From a candidate division WOR-3 bacterium (GTDB lineage Bacteria > Hydrothermota > Tepidihabitantia > SM23-42 > JAOAFX01): a stretch of DNA of 64,000 nucleotides. Positions within the stretch are counted from its first letter, which is position 1. Each line of letters opens with the position of its first letter. The notes under the pieces are model-generated. The model made no database searches, was not told the origin of the DNA, and saw only the letters and a program-made list of their open reading frames with translations. The stretch spans positions 2,433 to 66,432 of the forward strand of contig JBDRWD010000007.1 in the NCBI GenBank assembly GCA_039802205.1, read 5' to 3'. Below are positions 38,936 through 49,171 of the stretch, piece after piece. The translations under genes and the position numbers were made by a program.

Positions 38936-40249
38936 ATGGCAAGAAGAACTGAGTTAATTATTACCCTTAGTGGTGATATTATTATTTTATTGACCATCTT
39001 TTTCGTGAGCTGGCAATCTTCCGAGATCAATCAAACTGCTTTCGGTCAGCACGCCCTTATTGCCAACTTTGGTCTGCTCCTCTTCTGGCTATTCCTTTTT
39101 CAGTCTTTTGAACTCTATAGACCGAGGGAAGAGATTCAGATTATGAACGGGCTTTTCAGCCTCTTTAAGGCAATCTTTCTTGGTATGACCCTGCTGCTCT
39201 CTTTTGCCTATCTGATGAATGTCGATTTCTTTAAAGCCAGGGGTTTCCTTCCAGCTTATGCGATTGGCTTTTCTTCTTTAGTTCTCTGGCGTTTTCTGTT
39301 GTGGGGTTTAATTGGAGAATATATAAAAAAGATTCCGAGCCGGGTGATTGTTTTTAAAAACGGCGAAGATATTGCGGATTGCCCCTATCCCAATTTCACC
39401 ATGGTGAAAGAGGTGAAATTCACTGAGTTGGATGCGGAGACCCCACGGCGCATTTTTAAAGAGAATAAGATTGATGGCATCGTGATTGAAAGCAACGGAC
39501 AGACCCAGGAGGAAGTATTGAAGGTTATCTCCCAGTTTGCCGAGAGCAATTACAGCATTTTTGTCTCCCCAAAACTTTATCCTTTAATCTATCAACATTT
39601 TCTGGTCAAAAAAGTTCCAGATTCCAATCTGCTCCAGGTCATCTTTCATCCCCTCTCGGCCTGGGATCGGTTTCTAAAGCGATTGACGGATCTCGTCCTG
39701 GCTTCGATTTTGTTGTTGGTCCTTTTTCCATTTTTGGCGGTGATCGCCTTGTTGATAAAAATTGACTCACCGGGGCCGGTCTTTTATGTTCAAAAGCGCG
39801 TGGGTTTTCGCGGTAAGAAGTTTTCGCTTATAAAATTCCGGTCGATGATTAAAGATGCCGAGAAATACACCGGTCCGGTCTGGGCAGAAAAAAATGATAA
39901 AAGAATTACCCGGATGGGCAGAATAATGCGGCCGTTCCGTCTTGATGAGTTGCCCCAATTGTTCAATGTGCTTAAAGGAGATATGAGTTTCGTGGGACCT
40001 CGACCTGAACGGCCTCATTTTGTATCAAAGTTTGTAGACGAGATACCCTTCTATTCCCTGCGTCACACCGTCCATCCTGGAATCACCGGGTGGGCGCAGG
40101 TCAAATATTGTTATGACCGAACAATTGAAGATGTAAAAAAGAAATTGGCTTATGATCTTGAATACATCAACAATATTTCCATGAAGATGGATTTGAAGAT
40201 TTTTTTGAAAACAATCTTTATTATACTTAAAAGACAAGGAGCTCATTGA
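38936..40249 (+). CDS. polyprenyl-phosphate hexose-1-phosphate transferase (WbaP/sugar transferase family)
   Basis: Five N-terminal TMs and a C-terminal bacterial sugar transferase domain (..FKFRSM..ELPQL.NVLKGDMSFVGPRPERP..). Confidence 0.85.
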   Translation: MARRTELIITLSGDIIILLTIFFVSWQSSEINQTAFGQHALIANFGLLLFWLFLFQSFELYRPREEIQIMNGLFSLFKAIFLGMTLLLSFAYLMNVDFFKARGFLPAYAIGFSSLVLWRFLLWGLIGEYIKKIPSRVIVFKNGEDIADCPYPNFTMVKEVKFTELDAETPRRIFKENKIDGIVIESNGQTQEEVLKVISQFAESNYSIFVSPKLYPLIYQHFLVKKVPDSNLLQVIFHPLSAWDRFLKRLTDLVLASILLLVLFPFLAVIALLIKIDSPGPVFYVQKRVGFRGKKFSLIKFRSMIKDAEKYTGPVWAEKNDKRITRMGRIMRPFRLDELPQLFNVLKGDMSFVGPRPERPHFVSKFVDEIPFYSLRHTVHPGITGWAQVKYCYDRTIEDVKKKLAYDLEYINNISMKMDLKIFLKTIFIILKRQGAH

Positions 40250-40250
40250 G

Positions 40251-40886
40251 ATGTTCTTTGTTTTTTTTCTTATCACCCAGAATTTACCCTGGACCTGGTC
40301 CCAGAGTTATTCTACATTTGATGTTGCAAGATCTCTAAATCCCGGCGAATACAGCATCGGTTTAGGTGTTGATAATTACTGTATCTACAGCCCGACCGAT
40401 GATACAATTGCTTATGACGAGCGGCGATTTGACATCTGGATAAAGTCCGGGATGGTAAAAAGGCTTGAGTTAGAATTAAAATATTCTTATCCCACCTCCG
40501 GGCTTATCGCCTTGAAAGTCGAACTAATAGAGAAACCACTCCAGGGCGCTGTGAAGTTTGGGTTCGGGTATATGAAAGGAACGCGCATAGGGTACATAAC
40601 AGATTATGTCTATGATTTCTACGGGTACCTACTTCTAAATAAAGAGTTAAGAGATAAGATAAAGATCATATACACCCCAAAATTTATCTATTCCCTTCAT
40701 TATCGGGATCGCCAGGAACATTCCACACGTCCACCCCGTTTTATCTTCCATGTGGGACACTGTTTTGGAATAGCACTGGGAAACCGGATTGAATTTATTC
40801 CGGAGGTTAACTGGCTCTGGGGGAATAACGAAGGGAAGCGTTACATTGTGAATCAGTTTGGTATCGGAGTCAATTTGCAGATATAA
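40251..40886 (+). CDS. hypothetical exported/outer-membrane beta-rich protein
   Basis: 211 aa with an N-terminal hydrophobic segment and C-terminal ..GIGVNLQI. Confidence 0.4.
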   Translation: MFFVFFLITQNLPWTWSQSYSTFDVARSLNPGEYSIGLGVDNYCIYSPTDDTIAYDERRFDIWIKSGMVKRLELELKYSYPTSGLIALKVELIEKPLQGAVKFGFGYMKGTRIGYITDYVYDFYGYLLLNKELRDKIKIIYTPKFIYSLHYRDRQEHSTRPPRFIFHVGHCFGIALGNRIEFIPEVNWLWGNNEGKRYIVNQFGIGVNLQI

Positions 40887-40889
40887 AAA

Positions 40890-43256
40890 TTAGTCCTGGA
40901 GCTGCTTTAGCATTTCTAATGCAGGAGAAAAATTCGGATCCAGGCGCAGGGTTTCTTTAAGCGCACTTATTGCCCCTTCCCTGTCATTATTCAAATACCG
41001 GCAGTAGGCAAGGTTATAATGGGCAAGGGGAAATAGAGGATTCTCCGCGACTTCCTGCTCACACCAGGCGAGCCCCTCTTTATGTTGACCGCTCAGGGTC
41101 AAGGCTATCCCATGGATAGTTGCGAGACCGATGAGTCCTGGATAAAGAGCGATAGATTGTGCAGTGAGCTGACATGCCCTCTGGGGATTGTGGATCAAGA
41201 TGGCATTCGCCTCCTGTAGTAGAATTTTGGCATTTTTTATTCTCATCAGAATCTGGCTTGTATGACGGTCATCAAAGAATATGCACTCTTTAGTTTGATT
41301 GCCGAAAGCCCTTAAGTCGTATATCAACTGATAAGAAAATTTTGGAGGAACCTTTGTTTCTCCTTCCTTAAGGACTTTATAAAGTCGATAATAGGTATTT
41401 TGATAGATCAACTGGAAATGTTTGAGGTCTTCAGGTGCAAAATGGCATAAAAAGGCAGCTGTGGAGGTGCTTATTTCTGTTTTCCCAGCAATCCAGCGAC
41501 TTCCCTCACGGGTGTTATCAAGCAATATCCTTATATCATATAAAAAATAATCCACTCTTTTACTCCGGCAGAAGTTATAAAATTCTTCCTCAGAACCATA
41601 GATGGCTGCCAAAAATTCTCTCACAAGGTTCTGACAATTTCGCACCTCAAACTTCGGTTGCAAGACTATCGCCCTTTCCGCATATGTAAAGATGAGGGGA
41701 CCAACCCCGAACGAAGATAAAAATATCGCATCCGCGGGAGTCTGCAAACGGATGAATCTGACAAGTTCCACATTGTTTAAACGCCAGTTAAAAAACCCAT
41801 GGCCGATCTCATTCCCGAAGATACGCCGTAAGGTTTTAATATAATCCGTGGGCTGATGGATATGGAATGCCTGATAAAAATTAAACAAGAATATTATCCC
41901 GAGTCCGATATAGATCAAGTATTCACGCAATTGCCTTTTTGTTTTCGCCTCCATCAGCACCGGCATCACTGCCCAGATGCTAATAAAATAATTATTCACC
42001 ACCCCCATCCTTTCGATCGCCAAATAACTAACAAAGAATATCATGCTGAAAAAGAAGAACAAGCGGATTGATGTATCCACAAAACTTCTCATTACTACAT
42101 AGCGGAGTGCCAGAATCGCGGGAATTATGATCGGAAAGAGATTTTTGAAAATGCTTACCGGATGAGGACTGTTGAACGCCTCAATCCATAATGAGCGTGC
42201 AGCATAATCAAGCATTTCGGGATTATTCGGTTTAATGCCGAGATATTTAATCTTCGCCAGAAGCAAGGACCAGACATGGAGATATTCGGTTTCGGTCTTA
42301 AAAAGATTAGTGAGGATAAGACTCAGCACCAAGAACCCAAGTCCAGTGAGGATGGCAAACCAGCCTTTTAATGAAGATATGGGTGGCCGGCCAGTGGGGG
42401 TAGAAAATAGCAGGATTCCAATAATTGATCCAAAACCGAGAGCAAAAGGGGGAGAGAGGAAATATAAGCGGCTTTTCAGCACTGGGACCAGAAAACTGCC
42501 GAGGAATGGAACAAAAAGTAGAAAAAGAAGAATATATGCCTTTTCTTTTGTTTGTTTATCGATTTCAAATAGCCAAAGATTAAAGACAGAGATGACAATT
42601 ATGGTCAAAAAGATGAAGCGGGCAAAGTGCCAGGCACTGAGACTTATCAGCAAACAGATCCCTGCGCCAAGAACAGCGATAATCCGGTTTTTTTTATGAT
42701 GGAGTGCATAAAGATACCCGGCGATCCCAGCAATGATGAAAGGCAAGGCAAAATCTTCATTTAAGAAGCCAAAAGTAGAGCGACCGACCGCTGCCAGAGA
42801 AAAATTTTGTAGTAATCCAGCAAATAGAGAAGAAAGAGGTGACAAACCGAGTGCCCGAGCTAAAAGATAAACCGCTAATATCCCTAAGCTTGCCCAGATA
42901 GCGATGAAGGTAATTGCCCAGGTATGAAAGAGTACGCCTTTTGACTTCAGCCCTAAAATTCGGTATAACCAGCCACACGGATATTCCATTAAAATTGTGA
43001 GATTTTCAAAGATTTTAACCCCTGCGGGTGCCTGGAGTTTTGGATCAAACGAGGGGATCGGCTTTCCGTTGCCCACGAGTTCCGCATAATGATACTGGAG
43101 GGCATTCTCAGTCCAGTAAAAGGCGGTTGGGTCTTTTGGGTCATAGTATTCAGGATTTGTACTCAATCTTATCCGGAATTGTACCGAAATCAGAATGAAC
43201 AAAAGCATCATTGACTGAAAGATTATCTTTTTTGCTAATGCTGATTTATTACCCAT
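40890..43256 (-). CDS. polytopic membrane protein (GT-C-like) with C-terminal TPR repeats
   Basis: 788 aa with >10 TM helices followed by TPR-like helices (..ALYPGLIGLATIHGIALTLSGQHKEGLAWCEQ..AHYNLAYCRYL..). Confidence 0.5.
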   Translation of the reverse strand: MGNKSALAKKIIFQSMMLLFILISVQFRIRLSTNPEYYDPKDPTAFYWTENALQYHYAELVGNGKPIPSFDPKLQAPAGVKIFENLTILMEYPCGWLYRILGLKSKGVLFHTWAITFIAIWASLGILAVYLLARALGLSPLSSLFAGLLQNFSLAAVGRSTFGFLNEDFALPFIIAGIAGYLYALHHKKNRIIAVLGAGICLLISLSAWHFARFIFLTIIVISVFNLWLFEIDKQTKEKAYILLFLLFVPFLGSFLVPVLKSRLYFLSPPFALGFGSIIGILLFSTPTGRPPISSLKGWFAILTGLGFLVLSLILTNLFKTETEYLHVWSLLLAKIKYLGIKPNNPEMLDYAARSLWIEAFNSPHPVSIFKNLFPIIIPAILALRYVVMRSFVDTSIRLFFFFSMIFFVSYLAIERMGVVNNYFISIWAVMPVLMEAKTKRQLREYLIYIGLGIIFLFNFYQAFHIHQPTDYIKTLRRIFGNEIGHGFFNWRLNNVELVRFIRLQTPADAIFLSSFGVGPLIFTYAERAIVLQPKFEVRNCQNLVREFLAAIYGSEEEFYNFCRSKRVDYFLYDIRILLDNTREGSRWIAGKTEISTSTAAFLCHFAPEDLKHFQLIYQNTYYRLYKVLKEGETKVPPKFSYQLIYDLRAFGNQTKECIFFDDRHTSQILMRIKNAKILLQEANAILIHNPQRACQLTAQSIALYPGLIGLATIHGIALTLSGQHKEGLAWCEQEVAENPLFPLAHYNLAYCRYLNNDREGAISALKETLRLDPNFSPALEMLKQLQD

Positions 43257-44746
43257 ACCGTATAATACGGACTGTCGTAGATCACTCGGTAACCAGAGCC
43301 CGAAAAGATTTTAATTTCGCTTTCTAAATATTTATCTATATTATACATCAGCGCCCATTCCGGAAATATCTTATCCCAGACAACGCAGGAAATGCGCCTT
43401 TCTCTCACCGCTTCATCAATTTCGTACCGCCATAATCTCAGGGTCTCTTTAATCAGTTCGTGCCAACCAGAGAATTTAATATCTTTTAACGAGAGGTTGT
43501 TTTTCCCTTTAATGATTTTCAACATCAACCGATACGGGCCGATACATTCTTCATAATCAATGAGTTTTAACCGGTGGGCTTCAAGGGCGAGATAATTGGG
43601 GGTGTGAACCGGCATATGGGGTGGTGTTTGGAATTTGATCATCTCCGCACATTTTTTTACTTCCTGGCGTGGGATATATCCGAATCCCTGATAATAGGAA
43701 AAATTCAGGCTTCCAGCGGATATGAAAAAAACCGCCAGAATGACGCTCAGCGAGGAAAGTACTATATTCTTCTTTCGCCAAGAGCGATTCTTTAAACAAT
43801 AAATAGTTAATCCATTGGTGATTGCTAAGGGTAACAATAAATCGATCATATTATGGGGCCAGCAGGTTGAACTTACAAAAAGAAAGAATAATGAGTATTC
43901 CAAAAATAGCACCAGGGGAAAGATGAGAAATTTGTTCGCAGAGAAAAAACACAAAATGATACCACTGGCACCGAGGATCCACAGGTAATTTAAACTGATC
44001 AAAAATGGATCGAGAAACCTTACATTGATAGCGGTGTCATAACCTTTGAAAAAATGGAAATAAAAAATTTGATAAAAAGCTGGAGTTTGGTAGGTGATCA
44101 GGAAATAGCCATAGAGGACAATGGTAATGATAAGAAATCCTGATAAAAGATACAGTATTGCCTTAAATCTTTTTTCCGCCACAAAATATATTGTTACCGC
44201 AGGGAGAATGAATAATCCGGATAATTTAATACTGCCCCCCAAGCCTGAAAGGAGACCAATAAGAAACCAATTCAAGGGTTGAGAACTTCTGGAGACGATG
44301 AACCACATTACCAAGCAGGTAATGAAAAGCGTGAAAATCTCCCTTTCGAAGATATGATAGCGAAAAAGCAGCGAGGAAAAACTAAAAAGAACAATCATGA
44401 ATAAAGCGATGTATCTGCCAAAAAGCCGGCGGGCGATATCAAAGAGGAGAAGTGTGGAGATTGTTACGATTATTGCGGTTAAAATTTCCGCAACGCGATA
44501 GGAAACACCGAAAATATTATATAATCCCGCAAGCAGATATTCAAGGCATGGTGGATGAACTGAGAGGGTATGGATAAAAGGTTTTAATCCTGATCGGTAG
44601 GCGAATGCCTGGTATAGATATACCGAATCTTCAAACCAGGCGTAAGGATAAAGGATACGAAAGAGACGGGGTAAAACTGCAATCAATAAAACGAGGAGCC
44701 AGAGGGGCATAATCTTTAGCGCCCACCTGATAGTCCAAAAATGCAA
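43235..44746 (-). CDS. GT-C fold glycosyltransferase (PMT/ArnT-like, GT39/GT83 family)
   Basis: 503 aa, polytopic, with a DE motif in the first extracytoplasmic loop (YAWFEDSVY). Confidence 0.5.
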   Translation of the reverse strand: MHFWTIRWALKIMPLWLLVLLIAVLPRLFRILYPYAWFEDSVYLYQAFAYRSGLKPFIHTLSVHPPCLEYLLAGLYNIFGVSYRVAEILTAIIVTISTLLLFDIARRLFGRYIALFMIVLFSFSSLLFRYHIFEREIFTLFITCLVMWFIVSRSSQPLNWFLIGLLSGLGGSIKLSGLFILPAVTIYFVAEKRFKAILYLLSGFLIITIVLYGYFLITYQTPAFYQIFYFHFFKGYDTAINVRFLDPFLISLNYLWILGASGIILCFFSANKFLIFPLVLFLEYSLFFLFVSSTCWPHNMIDLLLPLAITNGLTIYCLKNRSWRKKNIVLSSLSVILAVFFISAGSLNFSYYQGFGYIPRQEVKKCAEMIKFQTPPHMPVHTPNYLALEAHRLKLIDYEECIGPYRLMLKIIKGKNNLSLKDIKFSGWHELIKETLRLWRYEIDEAVRERRISCVVWDKIFPEWALMYNIDKYLESEIKIFSGSGYRVIYDSPYYTVWVINQH

Positions 44747-44810
44747 TCAGAGGATTTCCGTTAAGGCTTTGGACGGGAGCAGACCGAGTGCAGAAACATT
44801 GAATTTTTAC

Positions 44811-45068
44811 CTATTCCGGTATTATCTTATAAACCAAGTCTTTTTCGTGGACAACCGAATCGACTTTCATACCAATGCTTTCACCTTTTTTGGCTTTCTC
44901 TATAGGCTTATGCTCAATCTGCATAGAATTGACTACCTGCTGGAAATCAGTAGTATGGCCTTTGATATGGATTGTATCACCGACATTTAATTCGTCATCG
45001 GTTATCTCGACGACAGCAACACCGATTTTGTTGAAATAATGTGTGACCCTACCAATCAGTTTCTCCAT
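44811..45068 (-). CDS. hypothetical small protein (85 aa)
   Basis: ORF with RBS and no recognisable motif. Confidence 0.4.
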   Translation of the reverse strand: MEKLIGRVTHYFNKIGVAVVEITDDELNVGDTIHIKGHTTDFQQVVNSMQIEHKPIEKAKKGESIGMKVDSVVHEKDLVYKIIPE

Positions 45069-45185
45069 AATTGCTCCTTTTTTGATTATTTTATTTATTT
45101 TTCATAATAAGTCAACCCTCGAGCAGGCTGAGTCTTCCCCTTTTTCAAACGCTAAAAAATGTGGCATGAGTTTAACGGGAGTTTA

Positions 45186-45214
45186 TTGACAGGAGACTTA
45201 TTCTTGAATATAAT
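45186..45214 (+). promoter_or_regulatory. sigma70-type promoter TTGACA-N17-TATAAT driving tRNA-Glu
   Basis: Perfect consensus hexamers with 17-nt spacing. The -10 ends 7 nt before the tRNA 5' end. Confidence 0.6.
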
Positions 45215-45221
45215 ATCTCGC

Positions 45222-45297
45222 GGCGCCATCGTCTAACCTGGTTCAGGACATCGCCCTCTCAAGGCGAAGATTACGGGTTCGAATCCCGTTGGCGCCA
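45222..45297 (+). tRNA. tRNA-Glu (anticodon CUC), no encoded CCA
   Basis: Acceptor GGCGCCA/UGGCGCC, anticodon stem UCGCC/GGCGA with loop CUCUCAA, T-arm ACGGG-UUCGAAU-CCCGU. Confidence 0.85.
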
Positions 45298-45298
45298 G

Positions 45299-47353
45299 TC
45301 AATTTTTTGCGATTTCAATCTTAATTATCTGATAGTTTTTACCCTCGATGGTTACAATCTCCCCCGGTTTTTTTTCTAATAATACTTCCCGGGCAAGGGG
45401 TGATTCGTTAGAGATGATATTTTTGCTCAAGTCTGAATCCCATGGTCCTAAGATCGTGTACTCCAAAAGGGAGCTATCCTCTAATGACTGAAGTGTGACC
45501 CTGGTGCCGATGCACACCCGGGTAGTATCAATCTGATTAAAATCGATCACCTTCGCTTTTTGCAGTTCGGATTGAATCATGCGCACCCGTTGGTAGAGCT
45601 GGTCCTGGCGTTCTTTTGCCGCCTTATATTCAAAATTCTCACTCAAATCTCCGTATTCACGCGCCCGGCTGATTTCTTTTTTGTTTTCCGGGATTGCAAC
45701 TGTGAGCAGATATTCAAGTTCTTTTTTCTTTCGTTCAAGCGCTTCCGGAGTGGTGTATATGCAATCGATGCTTTTTTCTGAGGGGAAATGATAATCGATG
45801 ATTTTTAGATAATCATTTTTTTCGTGGCTTTTGAGCACTGGCGATTTAATCAATTCCTCTTTTATTTTTGAGACCTCTGCAGGTGTGGCATCTTTTATGA
45901 GTGCATCAAAACGCTCTAAGGTGAATCCTTTGAGAAACAATTGCCGGGCGCCCCTGATATACTCCAGATTATTTATCACCCGGGGGAGATACTTAGGGCT
46001 GAGAAATTCTAACAGCGCTCCATCAGCAAGTTTCTTTAAAAGCAACAAAAAAATTTGGGGATATTGCTGGGGCGATACCAGGGCGGTCTTATAAATTTCG
46101 GTTAGATTATAACCCACATTATTCAGTTCTTTTTCGATCTCTTCGCTTAATTTGGAATCCTCAGCTATGGCTAAAATCTGGAGGAATATCTTTTGCCAGT
46201 TTTGTGGTTCTCTTTTCTTGATTTCCTGTAGGAATTTTCGCTTATGGTCACTATCTTTTAAATTTAACAAAAGATTTTCGTAATTTGCGTATTTTAATAA
46301 ATCATCGATTGTATAATTCAAACCCACTTTTTCGTGCTCGGCACAGAAATAGAGAATATCAAGACATCTTGCCGGGTGCTGGGGGTATGATTGGTTCGCC
46401 TCGGCAATGATTAAATTTACCCCTTCGGCAAATACTTCTGGAACCTCCCGGCTCCATCGTGCCAAGAGTGAATATTTTTCATCAAGATTACTCTGCCGGA
46501 AGGACTCCAGATAGAGTTCTTTTTTCTTCATTCCTTCAATGAACTGATAAATCTTCTGGCCTTTTTTTAATTCCACTTTCACCCAATCATTTTTTTCCAA
46601 CCTTTTGCGCACCTTCTCCCAGAATTTATCCAGTTCCTCTTCCGCCACTATTCCCAAAAGATATTTTTTGATCTCCCCTGAGCTTAATGGTTCCTGAGAA
46701 CTTTGCAGCAAAAAAAGGACTAAGCCGATGGGGTCTTCCTGAGCCATCAATTTTAATTCCTCAATATTTCTGTATTTCTTGAAGAGAAAACTCCCTTCCG
46801 GAACATGTTTTAGCAACCCCCGGGCGACTTCAAAGGGTACGAAATAGCTTTTCTGTTTTTGAAAATCGAGGATGAGTTCACGCCGTTCCGGATTCATGGA
46901 GACGACTTCCCCCAGTCCCCATCTCTCAGAATAAAAAATCTGTCCGATATCATATTTCAAAAATTCTTCCAGCCTCTCCAGACTCTTAAAAAGATGCTCT
47001 TGTTTATCAATACCGGATAGCTCAAGGAATTTTTCAATCCGCGGATTGTTTTGGTATTGCTTTTTGTATAACTCAATAAGCATTCTTCTTACGGGCTGGT
47101 CGTCGTCCGTGAAATAAGCCATATGTTTGCAGACAGCTATCGCTTCAGCAAATCTTTTCTCGCTGACCAGATGGTCCACCAAGAGGTCAAGGAGTTCAAA
47201 GGCGAGTTTTGTTTCTTTTATTTTCTTCAGTTCATCGGCGAGCGTTAAAAAACTTTCCACCCGAACATTTTTATCCTCCATCATCTCCATCCAAAGATTT
47301 TCCACTTCTGCCAGATTTCCATCTGTTATTGCATTCTTTATCTTCTCAATCAT
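45299..47353 (-). CDS. large protein with C-terminal GreA/GreB-family transcript-cleavage-factor domain
   Basis: The C-terminal ~150 aa (..GDLSENFEYKAAKERQ..VIDF....RVCIGTRVTL..) match GreA C-terminal and coiled-coil regions. The N-terminal 500 aa are unassigned. Confidence 0.55.
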   Translation of the reverse strand: MIEKIKNAITDGNLAEVENLWMEMMEDKNVRVESFLTLADELKKIKETKLAFELLDLLVDHLVSEKRFAEAIAVCKHMAYFTDDDQPVRRMLIELYKKQYQNNPRIEKFLELSGIDKQEHLFKSLERLEEFLKYDIGQIFYSERWGLGEVVSMNPERRELILDFQKQKSYFVPFEVARGLLKHVPEGSFLFKKYRNIEELKLMAQEDPIGLVLFLLQSSQEPLSSGEIKKYLLGIVAEEELDKFWEKVRKRLEKNDWVKVELKKGQKIYQFIEGMKKKELYLESFRQSNLDEKYSLLARWSREVPEVFAEGVNLIIAEANQSYPQHPARCLDILYFCAEHEKVGLNYTIDDLLKYANYENLLLNLKDSDHKRKFLQEIKKREPQNWQKIFLQILAIAEDSKLSEEIEKELNNVGYNLTEIYKTALVSPQQYPQIFLLLLKKLADGALLEFLSPKYLPRVINNLEYIRGARQLFLKGFTLERFDALIKDATPAEVSKIKEELIKSPVLKSHEKNDYLKIIDYHFPSEKSIDCIYTTPEALERKKKELEYLLTVAIPENKKEISRAREYGDLSENFEYKAAKERQDQLYQRVRMIQSELQKAKVIDFNQIDTTRVCIGTRVTLQSLEDSSLLEYTILGPWDSDLSKNIISNESPLAREVLLEKKPGEIVTIEGKNYQIIKIEIAKN

Positions 47354-47435
47354 GGTTTATTATAGCGAAAAAAAAGAAACAGGCAAGAGGACTTGCACCG
47401 CCCGCATGACACTCTGTCTTTTGCGTGGCTTTATT

Positions 47436-47717
47436 TTAAACAAAGGGAAGACCTGTAAGGGTAGCGATCGTCTCCTGGATTTTTTCTTTCACTTTTTTCT
47501 GGGCATCGTTAAAGGCGGCTACGATTAAATCCTGCAGAAGATTTATATCTTTTTCTTCGAGTATCTGGGGTTCTATCTTTAAGGAGATGACATTCTGTTC
47601 CCCGTCCATTTCAATCCTGACCATCCCGCCTCCCGCACTCCCTTCTACCTTAATTTTCTGGAGTTCGGTCCGCAATTTTTCCTGGAGTTTTAATGCCTGT
47701 TTAAAAAGATTGTCCAT
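47436..47717 (-). CDS. ybaB: nucleoid-associated protein YbaB/EbfC
   Basis: ..GSAGGGMVRIEMDGEQNVISLKIEP..DLIVAAFNDA.. pattern. Confidence 0.85.
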   Translation of the reverse strand: MDNLFKQALKLQEKLRTELQKIKVEGSAGGGMVRIEMDGEQNVISLKIEPQILEEKDINLLQDLIVAAFNDAQKKVKEKIQETIATLTGLPFV

Positions 47718-47719
47718 CC

Positions 47720-49153
47720 TTACCGGGCTTCTTCACCATCAAACATGCTGATGATGGTATCTTTGAGACTACCCGGCTTTTTTTCCGGGGCGAGGATGTT
47801 TATTTTTAAATTGATTTCCTTTCCGGTGATATCTTTTAATGCTTCTATTAAGAGTTTTTGATGTTTAGTCAATTCCTTGTATTGGAACTCATTAACGACA
47901 TTTATCACTGCATTATCATCATTGATGGATAATTCAGTCTGGGAAACGATTGCTGAGATCTTCGGACTCCGTGCGTTCAATCCGGCGACCAATTTTTCTT
48001 TGCAGGTCAATTCCTTCTGTTTCTCAAAAATATCCGGATCCTTTTTTGTAGAGTTTACAACATCATTTGCTGTTTGCGGGGTTGAGGTGAACTGGGCAAA
48101 AAGTAACTCAAGGGCAATCCTTGGGTTGAGCGATCTTTTGATGATATCTTCAAAGCGTAAGGCGGTTTCAATGAGCATGATCAGCCGGGTATTGTTCAAA
48201 CCCAGATTCTTCAGAATGCCAATCTCCTCAGGCGTAGAATCGAGCAGTTCATGTTCAATTCCGATATTGGCGAGCAATATCTTTCTCAAATTATTCACAA
48301 GACCCTTGTAGATCTCAAAGATGTCCGCACCTTCATTGATCCCTTTATTCAAAAGCGTAATCATGCCCGCAAGGTCATTCGTCGCGATCTTTTTTATCAA
48401 TTCGATATAAAAATCAACACTTAAAAAACCTATGAGTTTAAAGACATCCTCTTCGGTTATCCGTCCTTCTACAAAAGAAACTAGTTGCTCAAGGATGCTC
48501 TCACCGTCTCGGATGCTACCATCAGCCCGCAGGGCGATGTAGTATAACGCCTTATCGGTGATCTCGATCCCTTCTTTCTCCGCAATCTTTTTTAGCCGCC
48601 CACTGATCTCACTGATGGAGAGGCGCTTAAATGTAAAACGCTGACACCGGGAGATTATTGTTGCCGGGATCTTTGCTGGATTGGTGGTGGCGAGGATGAA
48701 TACCACATTGGGCGGAGGTTCTTCAAGGGTCTTGAGCAGGGCATTAAATGCCTCGGTAGTGAGCATATGGACTTCATCGATGATATATACTTTATACCGA
48801 CCATGGAGAGGTGCATATTTTACACTTTCCCGAAGATTTCGTATTTCGTCGATCCCACGGTTTGAAGCACCGTCAATTTCAATGACATCTACACTCCGGC
48901 TGGTGGTTATCTCCTTACAAGAAGGACATTCCTGACAGGGATTGACTGTTGGGCCGTTGATACAGTTTAAACTTTTCGCGAAAATCCGGGCTGTTGTGGT
49001 CTTACCCACCCCTCTCGGTCCGGCAAATAAAAAGGCATGGCCGATGGCACCACTATTAATCGCGCCTTTCAAAGAGAGAACAACATGATTCTGCCCGGTT
49101 AGTTCATCAAAATTCTGGGGACGATACTTTAATGAAAGGACACGATGAGCCAT
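47720..49153 (-). CDS. dnaX: DNA polymerase III subunit gamma/tau
   Basis: KYRPQNFDELTGQNHV, GPRGVGKTT, and the CQECPSCKEI zinc module. The start is probably ATG 49151-49153 (MAHRVLSLKYRPQ). The tracked ORF extends to 49192, which would overlap the SRP RNA. Confidence 0.9.
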   Translation of the reverse strand: MAHRVLSLKYRPQNFDELTGQNHVVLSLKGAINSGAIGHAFLFAGPRGVGKTTTARIFAKSLNCINGPTVNPCQECPSCKEITTSRSVDVIEIDGASNRGIDEIRNLRESVKYAPLHGRYKVYIIDEVHMLTTEAFNALLKTLEEPPPNVVFILATTNPAKIPATIISRCQRFTFKRLSISEISGRLKKIAEKEGIEITDKALYYIALRADGSIRDGESILEQLVSFVEGRITEEDVFKLIGFLSVDFYIELIKKIATNDLAGMITLLNKGINEGADIFEIYKGLVNNLRKILLANIGIEHELLDSTPEEIGILKNLGLNNTRLIMLIETALRFEDIIKRSLNPRIALELLFAQFTSTPQTANDVVNSTKKDPDIFEKQKELTCKEKLVAGLNARSPKISAIVSQTELSINDDNAVINVVNEFQYKELTKHQKLLIEALKDITGKEINLKINILAPEKKPGSLKDTIISMFDGEEAR

Positions 49154-49171
49154 AAAATTGAGCAACGCTAA

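Noticed and set aside
47354-47435. TATAAT hexamer 5 nt upstream of the GreA-domain gene start, suggesting a leaderless transcript
   Set aside because: It is a single hexamer with no matching -35 and no supporting evidence. The same gap more plausibly holds the ybaB terminator (GCAAG-ucc-CUUGC followed by a U-tract).
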